Origin: Anthoceros angustus
Taxonomy: Eukaryota; Plantae; Anthocerotophyta
Direction of reading: 5' to 3'
DNA: 64,000 nt
Assembly (NCBI GenBank): GCA_010909165.1
Contig: VJWM01000106.1
Coordinates: 496,001-560,000, forward strand
The notes under the pieces were generated by a model. That model was given only the letters and a program-made list of their open reading frames with translations, did no database searches and was not told where the DNA came from. This document shows, one piece after another, positions 34,455 through 47,965 of the stretch (positions are counted from its first letter, which is position 1; every line of letters begins with the position of its first letter). The translations under genes and the position numbers were made by a program.

Positions 34455-34712
34455 TAGTAAAAAGGGATGAGAAATCCCATCTACCCCGAAATGGAGGGGA
34501 ACAACCCTCAAGGGCGGACCAGGCCAAGGGGGACTAGCAACTGCGGTCGCCCATTTTGAAACTGCCTACTGCTCCGAGAATGTCGTGGTCTGGGATATGA
34601 AAAGGCCTACCTACCACTGGTGCCGAAGATGCCGCGTCCCCTGCGCTTGCTGCCGTCCTCTACACTTGGTTGGCCAATGACCTCTTTAGGGCGATCGACA
34701 CCCGTTGTCGGA
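34455..34712 (-). mobile_element. 3' fragment of the RLE-type non-LTR retroelement (copy 3)
   Basis: The minus strand reads RQRVSIALKRSLANQV*RTAASAGDAASSAPVVGRPFHIPDHDILGAVGSFKMGD and shares the 3' UTR of the other copies. Confidence 0.75.
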
Positions 34713-35845
34713 AGAATCCTCTCTAGGTAATCTCTCTCTAGAAGATTATATGCATGGGACAACAAATAGGTTTTCAACCGGGCAGTAACTAATTAGCTTT
34801 ATTTATCTCTTTTATTTTTTAATTTTAACCTTATTTCTCAAATATTTATCTCTTTTATTTTTCATTTGGATAACCCAAGAGTCCCAACCCTAAACCCTAA
34901 GAGGATAACGCCAAACCTATGATGAACTCAACAAGTTAGGTTTTATACTTATTTGGCTGATGATTTCCCCCCAACTGTAAGAGGTGAAGGAAAGCAAACT
35001 CTTTAGAAACCCTAAGAGGATAATCCAATAGATGGGATTCGGGGCTCAAACATTTGGTTCTGTGGTCAAATGAGAATCTTGTTTGACTGCTAAAATAGGC
35101 TCGCTAAGTCCATCCAGGATGCTCGAAACGGAACCCGTATCGGGTGCCCGGTGAAATATTTGCCGCAAACCGGAAAATGGTAAGAAGCCGTCTGTTAAAT
35201 GCCCTATTTTCCACTTGAATTAGGACTTGCAGCCTCGTACCAGAATGAGTGTCTTTCACTTTGAAATCCGTGGGGCTTGTCTTCGTCTAAACTCCGTCTA
35301 TACTATGTCTCATGTAAGTGTGCGCCATCAAGTATTTGAGGCAATGACTCAAGTGGTAGATTTGAGTCTCTTGATGGAAGAGGACAACCCTCACTTGAAA
35401 GGCTTTTTACTGAATTTGTATCGGTATTTATCATGGCTTTTTTACAGGCCTTTTCACAGCTCACAATCCTAAGGCAATAACAAAGAGGTCCCTCCCTACC
35501 TAACCTAACATCCTCCTTGAGCCCAAGTATGGGCCTCCATAGAAAAAGTGGGGGAAGGAGGGGCTCACTTGGAAGGTGCTAACGGTGTGAAACGAACACA
35601 TAGGCTTTCACTGGAAGGCTTGGACAACTAGGACTTGTTTTATGACGACTTGAAAGAGTACACTGTCTAAACTGCCCGCAATGTCGTGCGTATGGTATTT
35701 ATGGTGTAGATGGAACCCTGTTCCGGCATGTGAGTTGTTCGCATGAGCGGGCTCATATGCATCAGTTTCCATATTAACCCTCCTTATCCGTTCGTATTCT
35801 GCTAATATTCATCTTTTTATCTACCCTGTATTTATCACTCTGTAT

Positions 35846-37030
35846 CTACTTCGGAGGTGAAAAACTTCGTCCCAAAGTTGGTAGCGTGAGGCGGTGTAGA
35901 GCAAGGTAGCTCGCGAGGATGTGTGGGTAGTGGCGGAGATGCTGTAGAGGCTCCCAGGTGGCCTCAGACGGTGGATATCCCTTCTGAAAGCCACGGAAGC
36001 GGATTTGTTGACGAACGGACTTGCAAGCGAGCAAGAATGCCCTCGACTTTGTATTCAAGATGATCGTAGATGAGCTAGGGTGGCGAAGTGGCCAGAGATA
36101 TACCAATATAAGGTCGGAGGAGACCCGCATGAAAAACATCATGAATCTTCTAAGTGGGTGGCATATTACATTTTTTTTGCTTGGTTGTCTGTTGAGGAAG
36201 TGCTTATATGAATTCAAGTGCTTATTTCATGCGACGTACGCCATCTCGACAATTTGTTGTTGAATATGGAAGGGGCCAACCCAACGAAGCTGGAGTTTGC
36301 GGATACCAGGCAGATAAAGGTTTTGGACGGAAAGAAGTACAAGATTTTTTGGATGAAAGAAAGCATTCGATGGTGAGTATATCTGTAACCTATTTCTGCC
36401 AATTCTGGGCTTCTTGCAAGTTAGTTTGGGCTTCGTGGAGGATACGAAGGTGCGTATGAATGCCCTCTATGGTTGTTTGTTGGGGATGTTGGGAAGAGAG
36501 TTGGAAGCAAGCGTGCGAGGGTGGAGTGCATACAACATAAAAAAAGGGCTATGGCTAGTGGACAAATTGGTGGTGTTGTTACAGGCGAACTCAATGAGCT
36601 GGTGGAGGAAATTCTTCAAGTCTTCGGATAGTGAGCAACATAGGTACGAAGCGGTTTCCATGGTTTGATTCATTCTCTCCGTGAGGCCACGATTTGTGGA
36701 TGACAAGTTGAGGAAAAGGAAAGTTTTGTGCCTAGCCCGTGGTGAAGGTCAATAGTCCAAAACCTAAGGAGGAATTGGGGATCCCGGTCAAAGATGATGA
36801 TAAACATACGAGAGATAAAGATCCGCGGTTTCTATTGCAGAGCAAGTATGCATCCCTTGTGTGTGCTAGGTGGATCATCTGGATAAGTCTGTCGACAAAC
36901 AAGAGGATAGCATTGTGGCCATTGGGTAAGAGTGGAAGGCTCATAATGAAGTCTAGATGTATGGTTTCCAAGGGTTGGTCCAGTATGGGAAGTGGTTGTA
37001 AAAGGGCAGCTGATTTAGTTTTGGGCAATC
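35846..37030 (-). mobile_element. Decayed Ty3/Gypsy chromovirus integrase plus chromodomain
   Basis: LLQPLPILDQPLETIHLDFIMSLP..GHNAILLFVDRL; [11 protein letters not shown]; IEFACNN...STSHSPFFMLYALHPR; KGYPPSEATWEPLQHL (chromodomain). Multiple stops and frameshifts. Confidence 0.88.
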
Positions 37031-38591
37031 TGGTTTAATTCTCCAGTAGATGTCACATGCGCACACATAGTTCTCGATCTATTAAGCCATCCCTAGCCAG
37101 TATGCTAGCCTCTGCAGTTGGTGAAGTGTCTTGGCTCTTCGAAAGCCCCATGCCTTGCAGACGGTGGGTTATGACTTTCTTCCAACAAAAACAACGTTTG
37201 CGCAAATTTGGCGGATTCTGTTAAAACGGGCTACTCCACCAAAAAAAGTGAAATTTTACCTCACAATATCTGCAGAATCGGGTATCACAAGAAAACAGGT
37301 GTCAACTTGCAGGTATTTTACTCCCGCATTGTCCCCCATTTGACGACAGAGAACATGATCGAGGCAGAATTAGTCACGCCTTTGCGCTCATTAGCTCAAA
37401 ACCCTAGATAATATGTAGGGAACAACAAACCCATGTGAGGAATACAAGAGCCTAGTTGGGCCCTGTGACATTTGGTAATGGCCAGCAGTCAGCCATGCCT
37501 GGCACCTTTGTCGGATGGGCTTTTCCCAACAATTTTTCTCCCTCAATAAAAACTTCGTTGAAAATGCGTCATGGGCAGAGTCTCAAAACGCGCTCGTGAA
37601 ACAGGCTAAAACCTCCCCTGCCTCTATCGATTGCATTTTGCAGGATCCGGCTGTGGTTAGCCAGCTAGAGAAGGCCCCGCTTACAGCGCCCCGAGGATAT
37701 GTGGTGCTCACTTGTCGAGCCCGCGATTGCACGTAATTAGGCAACGGAGCCCACAGCTGATACGAAGGTGAGCATGGCTGCATTTGGAAGTGGAAGGTGC
37801 AATCGATAGCTCCTTCGGAAGCCTGCGTTGAGCTGCAGACTTTTTGTCAGATTTTATAGAGCATCAAATCCATATGATAGACTTTTTGTCAAATTTTTTA
37901 GAGCATTAATATACCCCAAATGAGTGGAACAACACTTCACCGACTAGGTCAGTTGGTTCCCGACCCAGGGCCTAAACCTCACCCGACGTTTATTACCTGG
38001 TTTTCGAGGGGCGCGCGGGATTCGTCGTTACACGCTCGGCCACTGGCTCCACTCCACCGGCTAGTTTTCAATCCCGCGTCGTTTGTTTGCCCGATTCGCA
38101 CCCAAACTGGTCCCTACATTCTTGTGTACATATGTATCTACAGATATGTAAGTATTTGTACGTATATTTTCGTATTCGTCCAAGCTGCACTTCCGCAACG
38201 AAGTGCATTCGCGGGCTATGGAGTTTGAACAGCCTTTTGCTCTTGGCGGGCTTTTGCTCTTGGCAGGCTTTTGGTTGATCGTGAACTCAAGCATGAACTT
38301 TCCTTCCATGCCAAGGCTTAGGGCATTTTGCAGCAGGTCTTCCTTATGAGCGTTATGGTTCTAAAAGCTCTTCAGCAACGCTGATCTCAAGCGCGCGACT
38401 TCTACTCACTGCAAGGCTTTTGGAATTCCATGTATGTGCACTAGCTCTCAATTTCATGGATCAACAGGGCCTCCTCAACGAAGGGTTGTTAAGCTTTATT
38501 GGTTGCTCCTCACTTCAATCATGTATCCTATACTCATTGGCGAGGCTTTTGGCATCTTGTAACATTGTATTTTCGTCTAATACACTTTCCG

Positions 38592-41426
38592 TATGTCCTG
38601 CCAGGCATTCTTGTACAGCGCGAGTGTCTATTCTTCACATCTACTTCAAACGGGCTTCTCACCAATGTGCACCCATCAACATGTCTCAGGGTTTGAAAAC
38701 TTGCAGCAAAAAATATATGTACTTGTGTAGATATGTATGTACACAAGAAGAATGTAGGGGCAGCTTTTGGGTGCCCTACACATCGATACCGATGGAAGTT
38801 AATGCACACCGCGGCGGTTGTGCAGCACGGCCGGTGCCAAAAGCCATTCTGTTTGTGACGGCCTTACCGGTTCTCATCCTCCGTCCGTGAGCTGAACAAA
38901 AGCCATTCCGTTTCGCCCAACGACGTGGCCTTACCAGTTCTCATCCTCCGTCCGTGAGCTGAACAAAAGCCATTCCGTTTCGCCCAACGACGCGGCCTTA
39001 CCAGTTCTCATCCTCTGTCCGTGAGCTGAACAAAAGCCATTCCGTTTCGCCCAACGACGCGGCCTTACCAGTTCTCATCCTCCGTCCGTGAGCTGAACCC
39101 GTTGTGTACACCAACAGGCTATTCCGCGCGGTGTGGCGGTGCGGGCATCACGCGATAGTAAACCATGCGCCAATTACGCTTACAATACCTAGCTTCGTGG
39201 CAACCACCATTAACCCTAATGTTCATTCAAGCGATTGCCCAAATTCACGTCTGCTATGTTCAAAGTTTCCGCTTACGCTGACCAAAGGGGTTCAGATTAG
39301 GCCGATGATCTTACTTGTCAAGGGCAGCTTTGATTGAGCTTAGTGTACATGGATCGTACCGAGTGCAAAAATTTTGAGGAGCGGCCTCGGGATACACCAT
39401 TCGTGGTGCAATTGCCTAAACCTGGACACTTCTCAGCTGCAGATTTGGAGTGGGTGTGCTCCTCTCAGAGCCATTCGAAATGGGCACATGGGCATCGGAT
39501 GATTCGTGTTGCTCACATCTTGATGGATGAGTGGTGGACTTTGTATGGTATGAGCGCAAACAAAGAGCATCCAACAAATTTCTATAAGAAGGATTCAAAG
39601 GGACCCAACAAGCTCTTGAAACCTATAACATCGTCATCCTCACCCTTTCCTACACGAGGTACCATCCGATTTTTTCCGTTGACTTTAATCGGTAGTCTTC
39701 ACTTCACCTTATCTTACATGTGGCACTCACTAAACAGATGTGACTTGTGGGATTTAGGGTAGCCTTACTTATCGCCATGTGAGGAACACATGCTCAACGC
39801 TCGGCATGTAATCGGTGTTCATATGGGCCCGAGGATTTTCGCAATCTAGTCCTCAAGGCCTCTTAAGTGTTCAAACAAATAAGTGCAAAATTGCGAGAGG
39901 AGAGAGTGTGAAGCATGGATGTCAAGCTAACTTTCGTAAAGCGCTTATTGTTGTGGCCCATGGTTGCCGAGATTGGCTTGTATGAAGACAATCATATCGA
40001 TTTGGGGTCATGTCCGCCGGCATTCTTGTACATGAGTGTCTATTCTTCACATCTACTTCAAACGGGCTTCTCACCAATGTGCACCCATCAACATGTCTCA
40101 GGGTTTGAAAACTTGCAGCAAAAAATATATGTACTTGTGTAGATATGTATGTACACAAGAAGAATGTAGGGGGCCAGTTTGGGTGCCCTACACATCGATA
40201 CCCGATGGAAGTTAATGCCATTACGCGGCAGATACAGTTGTGCCCACGGCTGGTGCCAAAAGCCATTCTGTTTCGCCCAACGACGCGGCCTTACCAGTTC
40301 TCATCCTCCGTCCGTGAGCTGAACAAAAGCCATTCCGTTTCGCCCAACGACGTGGCCTTACCAGTTCTCATCCTCCGTCCGTGAGTGAACAAAAAAGCCA
40401 TTCCGTTTCGCCCAACGACGCCTTACCGATTCTCATCCTCCGTCTGTGAACAAAAGCCATTCCGTTTCGCCAACGACGGCCTTACCGTTCTCATCCTCCG
40501 TCTGAGTGAACCCGTTGTGTACACCAACAGGCTATTCCAGCGGTGTGGCGGTGCGGGCATCACGCGATAGTAAACCATGCGCCAATTACGCTTACAATAC
40601 CTAGCTTCGTGGCAACCACCATTAACCCTAATGTTCATTCAAGCGATTGCCCAAATTCACGTCGCTATGTTCAAAGTTTCGCCATACCGACCAAAGGGGT
40701 TGATTAGGCCGATGATCTTACTTGTCAAGGGCGCTTTGATTGAGCTTAGTGTACATGGATCGTCAGTGCAAAAATTTTGAGGAGCGGCCTCGGGATACAC
40801 CATTCGTGGTGCAATTGCCTAAACCGGACACTTCTCACCGTAGATTTGGAGTGGGTGTGCTCCTCGAGCCATTCGAATGGGCACATGGGCATCGTGGATG
40901 ATTCGTGTTGCTCACATCTTGATGGACAGAGTGGTGGACTTTGTAGCTGGTATGAGCGCAAACAAAGAGCATCCAATAAATTTCTATAAGAAGGATTCAA
41001 CGGGACCCAACAAGCTCTTGAAACCTATAACATCGTCTGTCCTCACAGCCCTTTCCTACACGAGGTACCATCCTGATTTTTTTCCGTTGACTTTAACTGG
41101 TAGTCTTCACTTCACCTTATCTTACATGTGGCACTCACTAAACAGGACAGTGACTTGTGGGATTTAGGGTAGCCTTACTTATACTGCCATGTGAGGAACC
41201 GACGACGCTCAACGCTCGGCATGTAATCGGTGTTCATATGGGCCCGAGGATTTTCGGCAATCTAGTCCTCAAGGCCTCTTAAGTGTTCAAACAGCGAAGT
41301 GCAAAATTGCGAGAGGAGAGAGTGTGAAGCATGGATGTCAAGCTAACTTTCGTAAAGCGCTTATTGCCGTGGCCCATGGTTGCCGAGATTGGCTTGTATG
41401 AAGACAATCATCTTGATTTGGGGTCA
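38592..41426. repeat. Tandem duplication of about 1.42 kb inside the MULE, each copy containing arrays of a unit of about 64 bp
   Basis: Copy A is about 38592-40009 and copy B about 40010-41426. The unit gagctgaacaaaagccattccgtttcgcccaacgacgcggccttaccagttctcatcctccgtccgt is arrayed at 38840-39095 and 40255-40510, with an inverted copy at about 44085-44140. Confidence 0.9.
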
Positions 41427-43214
41427 TTCACTTGTTCGCAAGGTGTCCGCCGATGAAATTATGCGTCGACACAAGGATGCCGTGTTCATGAAGGTAAATA
41501 ATTCAGCAGAGCCATATGAACACGTTCGAGATGACTACATGTTACGGCAAGATGTTTTGAACATTGCTACTCAGTTGGATATAGGTGAATACAAGCTTCA
41601 TGTTGATGATTGCACCTCTGTTTCCATGTGGCTTGCGCAAAATGCGTCTATGGTATTTTACTTGGCACCTGATGACAAACCATTCTGCTTGGGAATTCAG
41701 ACCCCATTCATGTTGGAGGCTATGGTATAGTATGGAAATAATAGTGTTTTAGCTATGGATGCCACATTCGGCATGAACAAGTACAAGTACAATTTGTTCA
41801 CTGTGATGGTGTTTGACCCTCATTTTAACGGAGTACCTGTTGCTTGGGTGATTTCCAAGGAGGCAACAATTGCCTCGATGGTTCCATGGCTTTCTGTTGT
41901 CCGGCTGCAGGTATTCAAACGTGACCCTGCATGGATTCCGAGCTCCTTCATCGTGGATGATTGCCAAGCTGAGATAACAGCTATCCAACAGGTTTGGTCA
42001 CATAACATGCCGATCATATTGTGTTTGTGGCATGTTCGTAAAGCTTGGCGCCAATCGCTAAGCAAGGTACGTGACATGGATGACCGGAAAGCAATTTGGG
42101 CGTAACTAGGTGGAATTATGTATGTCCAAGGTGCAACCACAACAGCCATTTGTTTGAGCACTGCAAGGTCTATGCTATCTGCATTCTATGCCAAGTGGGT
42201 GGTCAAACAACCTACTTACGTCTCGTATTTCAAAGCTCAGTGGGATTCCATAATGGGTTAGTTCATTTTCTACGCACTTCATGTTTTTGCTCCTGTTACC
42301 TTCAGGTGAACCCCTGACAAGTGAATGATTGTTGTTGCAGATATGTGGATCTGTAATGCTCGGCTATTCCCTCATGCCGGGCAGAATACTACCTCGGCAG
42401 TGGAAGCATTTCACCGCTTCTTGAAAGAACGTGTATTTTTTTCCAAAGCTACCTTGCCTGCACGCAGATTGGATTGGTTACTATACCAGCTGGTTTTTGT
42501 GGTAGCACGACGTTACTGGTACCAGCACTTCACTAAAGAAGGAGGCTATGTTCGAAATAAGAAACAAGAGTTTCTGATGGGGCATGCGGTTCTACAAGCT
42601 CAGGAGATTCCACCGAACTGAATTCTACCATGCCCATGAGGAGGATTGCTTGGGCCGGCTCACTGCTTGTCTTCCTCCATTGAGTCTACTTGGTATGTTA
42701 TAGATCATGCAGATTCACCATGGGCAACGTGCACACTATGGGCCTGAAAGGGTTCATATGCAAGCATATTATTAAGGTTCAGCAATTACTTGTCATCTGC
42801 AAAGATGGAACTGCACCTGTGAAGGAGTGTGTGAAGGAGTGTACTCCCATTCCTGCTGCATATTGCCCTGATGGAGCAGCAACGTCTACTTTAGCAATGT
42901 CCTATTGGCTACAGGACCAGGAAAACCCGGAACTTGTCATCCCTAACAGTAGTTTGGTGGCAACAAGTACAAAGACCTCACGTTTCCAGCAAACTCAGCA
43001 GCGAAGGATGGACACAATTGAAGCAGGATGTAGGGAGATTTGTGAGGTTGCTTTCCATCACAAGGATCTGTGTTTTGATATTGCCGCTATCATGGAACAA
43101 ACCTTAACATCAAATTCAGATACTTACAGCTCAGCAGAGAGAGAGAGACCTTGGTCTCAAATGCCATTACAAGAGCTGCTGCGAATGAAGGTTCAAACAG
43201 TTTGCAACGGTTGA
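40740..43214 (+). pseudogene. MULE transposase (DDE plus SWIM), disrupted
   Basis: MDATFGMNKYKYNLFTVMVFD, IVDDCQAE, LCLWHVRKAW, TSAVEAFHRFLK and the SWIM remnant GFICKHI. In-frame stops EAMV*YG (about 41728) and IWA*LGG (about 42103), plus indels. Confidence 0.88.
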
Positions 43215-43329
43215 GAGGGTTTGATGAAGTGCCAAGGAAGAAGAAAAAAGTAGTGACTTGGAAACTGTGTCCATTGTTTCAAAGGCAGCTTTCCGTAGTA
43301 GCTCTGTTGTCCTTGATCGAAGCCAAATA

Positions 43330-43930
43330 GCCGCATACCGGCTTGTCCGTCTCGTTGTAAGCTTTTCATCGATGTATGATAGGGGAGCATTTGACTCTTC
43401 TGGAGATAGCGGGTAGACAAAATGTGAACTGCCTTTCAAAAGCTTCTTCAGTTCATATCTCCTTCATCTTTGATCGAAACCAGGCGTGCTGCACACCGAC
43501 GTGTCCGTCATGTTGTAAGCTTTCCATCAAAGACTGGTAAGAAAGCATTTGACTCATGTGGAGGAAGCGGGTAGACAAAAAGATGACATGCCTTTCAAAT
43601 GCGTCTTTCGCTCATATCTCCGTCTTCTTTCATCGGAACCTAGCGTGCTTCATACCGGCTTGTCCGTCTTGTTGTAAGCTTTCCATTGAAGTATGATAAG
43701 AAAGCATTTGACTCATCTGGACAAAGCGGGTAGAGAAATAGATGGCATGCCTTTCAAAGGCTTCCTTTGCTCATATCTCTGTCACCTTTCATTGAAACCG
43801 AGCGTTCTTCACACCGGCTTGTCCGTCTTGTTGTAAGCTTTCCATTGAGATATGATAGACAAGCAACCAACTCTTCTAGAGGAAACGGCGAGACAAAAGA
43901 TGAATGCGCTCTCAAAGTCAGCGTTCCATT
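43330..43930. repeat. Diverged tandem repeat of about 150-160 bp, about 4 copies, inside the MULE
   Basis: accggcttgtccgtcttgttgtaagctttccat..gcatttgactc..gcgggtagacaaaa..gcctttcaaa recurs at about 43337, 43495, 43654 and 43813. Confidence 0.85.
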
Positions 43931-45617
43931 AGCGTTCCTTCCGTTCTCAACACATTAAGTTCATCGTAACCGGGAAACTCTACAGGCTGATAAGCGCATG
44001 GTTTATTATCGCGTGATCCAAGTATGGTTCATGCACGCATGGTTTACCATCGCGTGATCGCACACTGCAAGACCACGTTCAACTCACGGGACGGAGGATG
44101 AGAACTGGTAAGGCCGCGTCGTTGGGCGAAAGGAAATGGCGCCGTAAAGCCTGGCACAGCCGTACCGCACGGGCTGTGGCAGACATTAACTTCCATCGGG
44201 TATCGATGTGTGGCGTTAGGGTGCAAACCGGGCAAACAACCGGCGAGGGATTGAAAACTAGCCGGTGGAGTGGAGCCGGTGGCCGGGCGCGTAACGACGA
44301 ATCCCGCACGCCCCTCGAGAACCAGGTAATAAACTTCGGGTGAGGTTTAGGCGCTGGGGGTTCCCGGTCTGATAGTTGGAAGGGAGAGTTCAAAAATCAA
44401 GCCCCTTTCTCGCCTGTCATTCAGCTGTCACACGATCTCCAACTCATCATCGTCTGGCCTGTAATTCTCGCCATCTACTTCAACCAACAGCTAGGACAGT
44501 TGCCCTTTGTTTTGCATCATCCTTGGCATCCCCTCCTTGTCGGATCCTTTGCCAGTGCTGGATTTGACAAACTCATCACCAGATGCGTGCAAACAGAGAA
44601 GGGAGCTCACATTCTCTTGTAATCGCCCTTGCAGGCAATGTGTTTCTAGTACCAGGCGGTCTTCTGGTGAGGATTCCCACTGGAGAACTGTGATCTTGCT
44701 TCGGTCCGAGTTCCTTGCGACTCACGTACCTGGGAGTCACTGTTAACAAGTTATTCCGCAGCATCTGGAGACACAATCTATGCAGCCCTCCACGAAAGAT
44801 GGCAACACATGTGTGGTACACATGTCCACCAGGCACTTCCCGAATACACAGATTCCAGTCGTCTGCGGAGAAGAGAGGCCGGTTCAGACTCCACAGCCTT
44901 TTTCATTACTACAGCGCTCAAAGCCTTGCTGTCTTTCAATGGACATCCAGGAGATTGTTTGTTCCGTGCCATCAAACCTTCCATGCTCATGTGATCACCA
45001 TCCATGTTTGAAGTCCATCTTGACAAGAGAAGCGCCAGAATACGTTAGGAACAAACAGATGTGCACAGCAAACCAGAAATAACAGAGGAGGAAGGTGAGT
45101 GTGGCAGAGATAGCCCCCTGTGTTGTTCGGGGGATGTGGCAGGCTACGGTGTTGCTAGATTCTCTTGCTCCTGCTTTATGGCTTCACCTCCCGACGCTGC
45201 CCTGGCCGTATTGCCATGGCGATACGCAGCCGCACCCTTTGCTGATCACGAAAAATCTGTGCCATCTGCCCACGGCACATCCAAGGTTGGAGAACCTTGG
45301 CGCCGAGCTGACTGAGGTATGGAAGTACAACACCATGATATCCGGCACCTCTACCCTTGCCTTTGCCAAGGCCATAGCTTACTCCCTACCCTACCCTTGC
45401 CTTTTCCATTGCCATAGCTTGATCCCTTCCTCTATGTTGTACGAGGATTGCTGCTAACAGCCCGCCGGCCCCAAGGTAGGAGTAACCAGCTCGTTTCCTT
45501 CCATCCCCGAGCACTAAACTAGCTTTTAGGGCTTTCCAAGAGACCTTGAAGTCGACGATCTGTATCACTCACCGTGAAGGCACAAAACCTCTGCAAAGCC
45601 CTACAGCAAGGAAAGCA

Positions 45618-46955
45618 ATGGCGTGCACAGTGGCACCATGCAGGAGGCCTGTGGCCAGTTGCAGCACAGTCCTGGCCTCGGCGTCATCGGCCTCGGCCTC
45701 TGCATCGTCCTGCGCTCCTCCTTGTCTTCTGAGAACTGGATTCAGCGGCACAAGGCTGAGGCTCGCGGCAGATATCCGACCCTGCTACACGCCCTTCAGT
45801 TTCGGTTAGAACAGAGATTTTTGCTCTCCGAGGTCCACAGGCTGAATGCTGATGTTTCACTGATGCACATTGATCGTCCCAAGGTTGAACAGTGGAGGGA
45901 TGGAATGGCGTTGTCACTTCTCATGTAAATGCAGCTTGATATGCAGAGATCTTTGCCATATCCAGCAACGATTTCAGGCCTGGGACTAACATTGAGTTGG
46001 ACAACGCTCCGTGGCGCGTGCAAGGTGAGGTTCTGTCAGCTGTTTGTCTGCTCTGCTTCACCTTCTGCTTTTTCTTGTTAGCGCGTTGAGATTGTGATAA
46101 TGTGGCAGAATTTCTTCATGTCAAGCCTGGAAAGGGTGCCGCTTTTGTCCGGACCAAACTGCGGAACTACATCACCGGAAACACGGTGGAGAAAACCTTT
46201 AGAGCTGGGGAATCGGTATGGTCTGGTCTGTTTTGCGCCCGCTTTGAAGATGCCTTGTTCTTTGCTGTCTCCAAATGTGGGCTGCAATTTGTCCATTTGT
46301 ACCCAGATCGACGAAGCCAACGTCGTCAAAGAGTTCAAGCAATTTACCTACGTGGATGGCGATCAGTATGTCTTCATGGACATGGTGAGCTGCCTGGCAC
46401 GGTCTTTGAATTCTTGATACAGTATCTTTAGCTGCACCGCTGGAAACAGGAATGTTCCCGTTGTCTGACTGTTGGATGGTGACTTCCGCAGACTTCCTAT
46501 GAAGAGGCCAGGCTCAGTCTCTCTGATCTTGCTGACAAAACCAAATTTTTGAAGGAGGGAATGGAATGTGCAGTGCTTTCTTGGAACGGCCGAGTATGAA
46601 AAGTGCTTCCTCGCTGTTGATTGCTTCGAGGAGCAATTTCCCCTTCATTAACTCCGTGTTGCCCGCTTCCAGGTAATAGACGTGGAGCTTCCTATCACAG
46701 TCAAACTGACTGTAATTCAAGCCGATCCAGGCCTGAAGGGAGACACAGCACAAGGTAACGTAATGGCATGCATTCTTGGCAGAATAGGCTTAATGTTCTG
46801 TAGAGCCAGTTGCTAATTGGGAGCCCATGTCGACAGGAGGATCAAAACCTGCTACTGTCGATACAGGGGCAGTTGTCACTGTCCCCCTGTTCGTAAACAC
46901 TGGCGACGTTATTATGGTGGATACACGGACAGGAAATTATATGAGCCGCGCTTAA
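45618..46955 (+). CDS. EFP: Elongation factor P, plastid-targeted, about 7 exons
   Basis: Ser/Ala-rich transit peptide, then [25 protein letters not shown]|[54 protein letters not shown]|[27 protein letters not shown]. Introns are GT..AG. Confidence 0.95.
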
Positions 46956-47965
46956 GTTCCTTTCTTCACGGTCTACACTCTTCAGAATTTTCCCTGGAAT
47001 TCCCTTCGATGCTCACGAGTAGGGAAACCAGCTCCTGGTGTTGCTATGTAGCTCGGAAACAACCTTGCCACTTAGGTTCACTGTGGCTACCCAATACCCA
47101 TTGCAGGAACTCATGCCCAATTTGTTTGCGCAATCCGTTTTGGAATGTGCCACCATGACACGTGTGCATAACAGGTTTCCGCGAAATACTTACAGTACGC
47201 ACGTTTCATGGGGAATCGTTTCTTGAGTTGCCTGTGTTCGTGTAATAGATTTCAGTCTAATGAAACGTTCCACGCACGTAGGAAACGGAAGTTGGGAGGT
47301 GCATCTTGGCACTACACACTACACTAGCTTATTCTGCCAAGAGGCTAGTACCAACTTGTACTACCTACTCCGGATTCCGAAACATTCCTATGCGACTGGG
47401 TGAAAGGGCAAGAGTGGCCAGTAAGTAGAAAGAACATAAACTGCTTCAGGGACAAGAACCTACATGCAGGCTAGCCAGGCCGCCGGCGAAACCTTTCTAC
47501 AGCAGGTCTGATGCCACTTCCAACTTCTGGCTTCGCCCTTGCTATACACGCATTGCCCCGTTTTCCACGCATCAACGGCCGTTGCCATCACCGCTTTTGT
47601 GCTGATAATAGGATTTGCTTCACATCACTTTCCCAGTTCCCGCTCCTGCAACCGTTACGCAGAAATTTTGAGTTTAGTCATGGGCACTAAACAGCAAACT
47701 TGAACACCGTACAGAAAGTGGACAAATACCAGTTATCGTCTGTAACATCTTACCTTTGGTGTTGTGACTTGAAAAAGGACAGTGCACCCAGCTGCCCTTT
47801 CAAAAACGCTGAGCTTGATCTACTGCTGCTTGTGAGTAACTCAGTCTCAACCCTTCATGAGTTTCAGGAGCCCACAGTAATCCACAGTCCTTCCTGGTGC
47901 AACATAGATGCACAGACTCGCCCACATGTCTATGTTACATCAAATATAGAAAATGAGGAAGGATG

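Larger units (their letters stand above)
37964..44358 (+). mobile_element. Mutator-like (MULE) DNA transposon, about 6.4 kb, with TIRs of about 140 bp, a 9-bp TSD and a defective transposase
   Basis: Left TIR cccagggcctaaacctcacccga... at 37964; right TIR ...tgaggtttaggcgctggg ending at 44358. Flanks are GGTTCCCGA (37955-37963) and GGTTCCCGG (44359-44367). Internal transposase motifs are present. Confidence 0.88.

Noticed and set aside
34398-34755. A direct repeat of about 38 bp as the TSD of the RLE fragment
   Set aside because: The left copy ends about 18 bp from the element end and the copies have several mismatches; a pre-existing local duplication is equally likely.
34885-35020. Interstitial telomere
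   Set aside because: Only isolated AAACCCTAA units occur, not an array.
38840-40510. CRISPR-like array
   Set aside because: The 64-bp units are contiguous with no unique spacers, lie inside a MULE, and the genome is eukaryotic.
44400-45460. Gene between the MULE and EF-P
   Set aside because: Short ORFs in all frames, with no domain similarity or consistent splice pattern that I can support.
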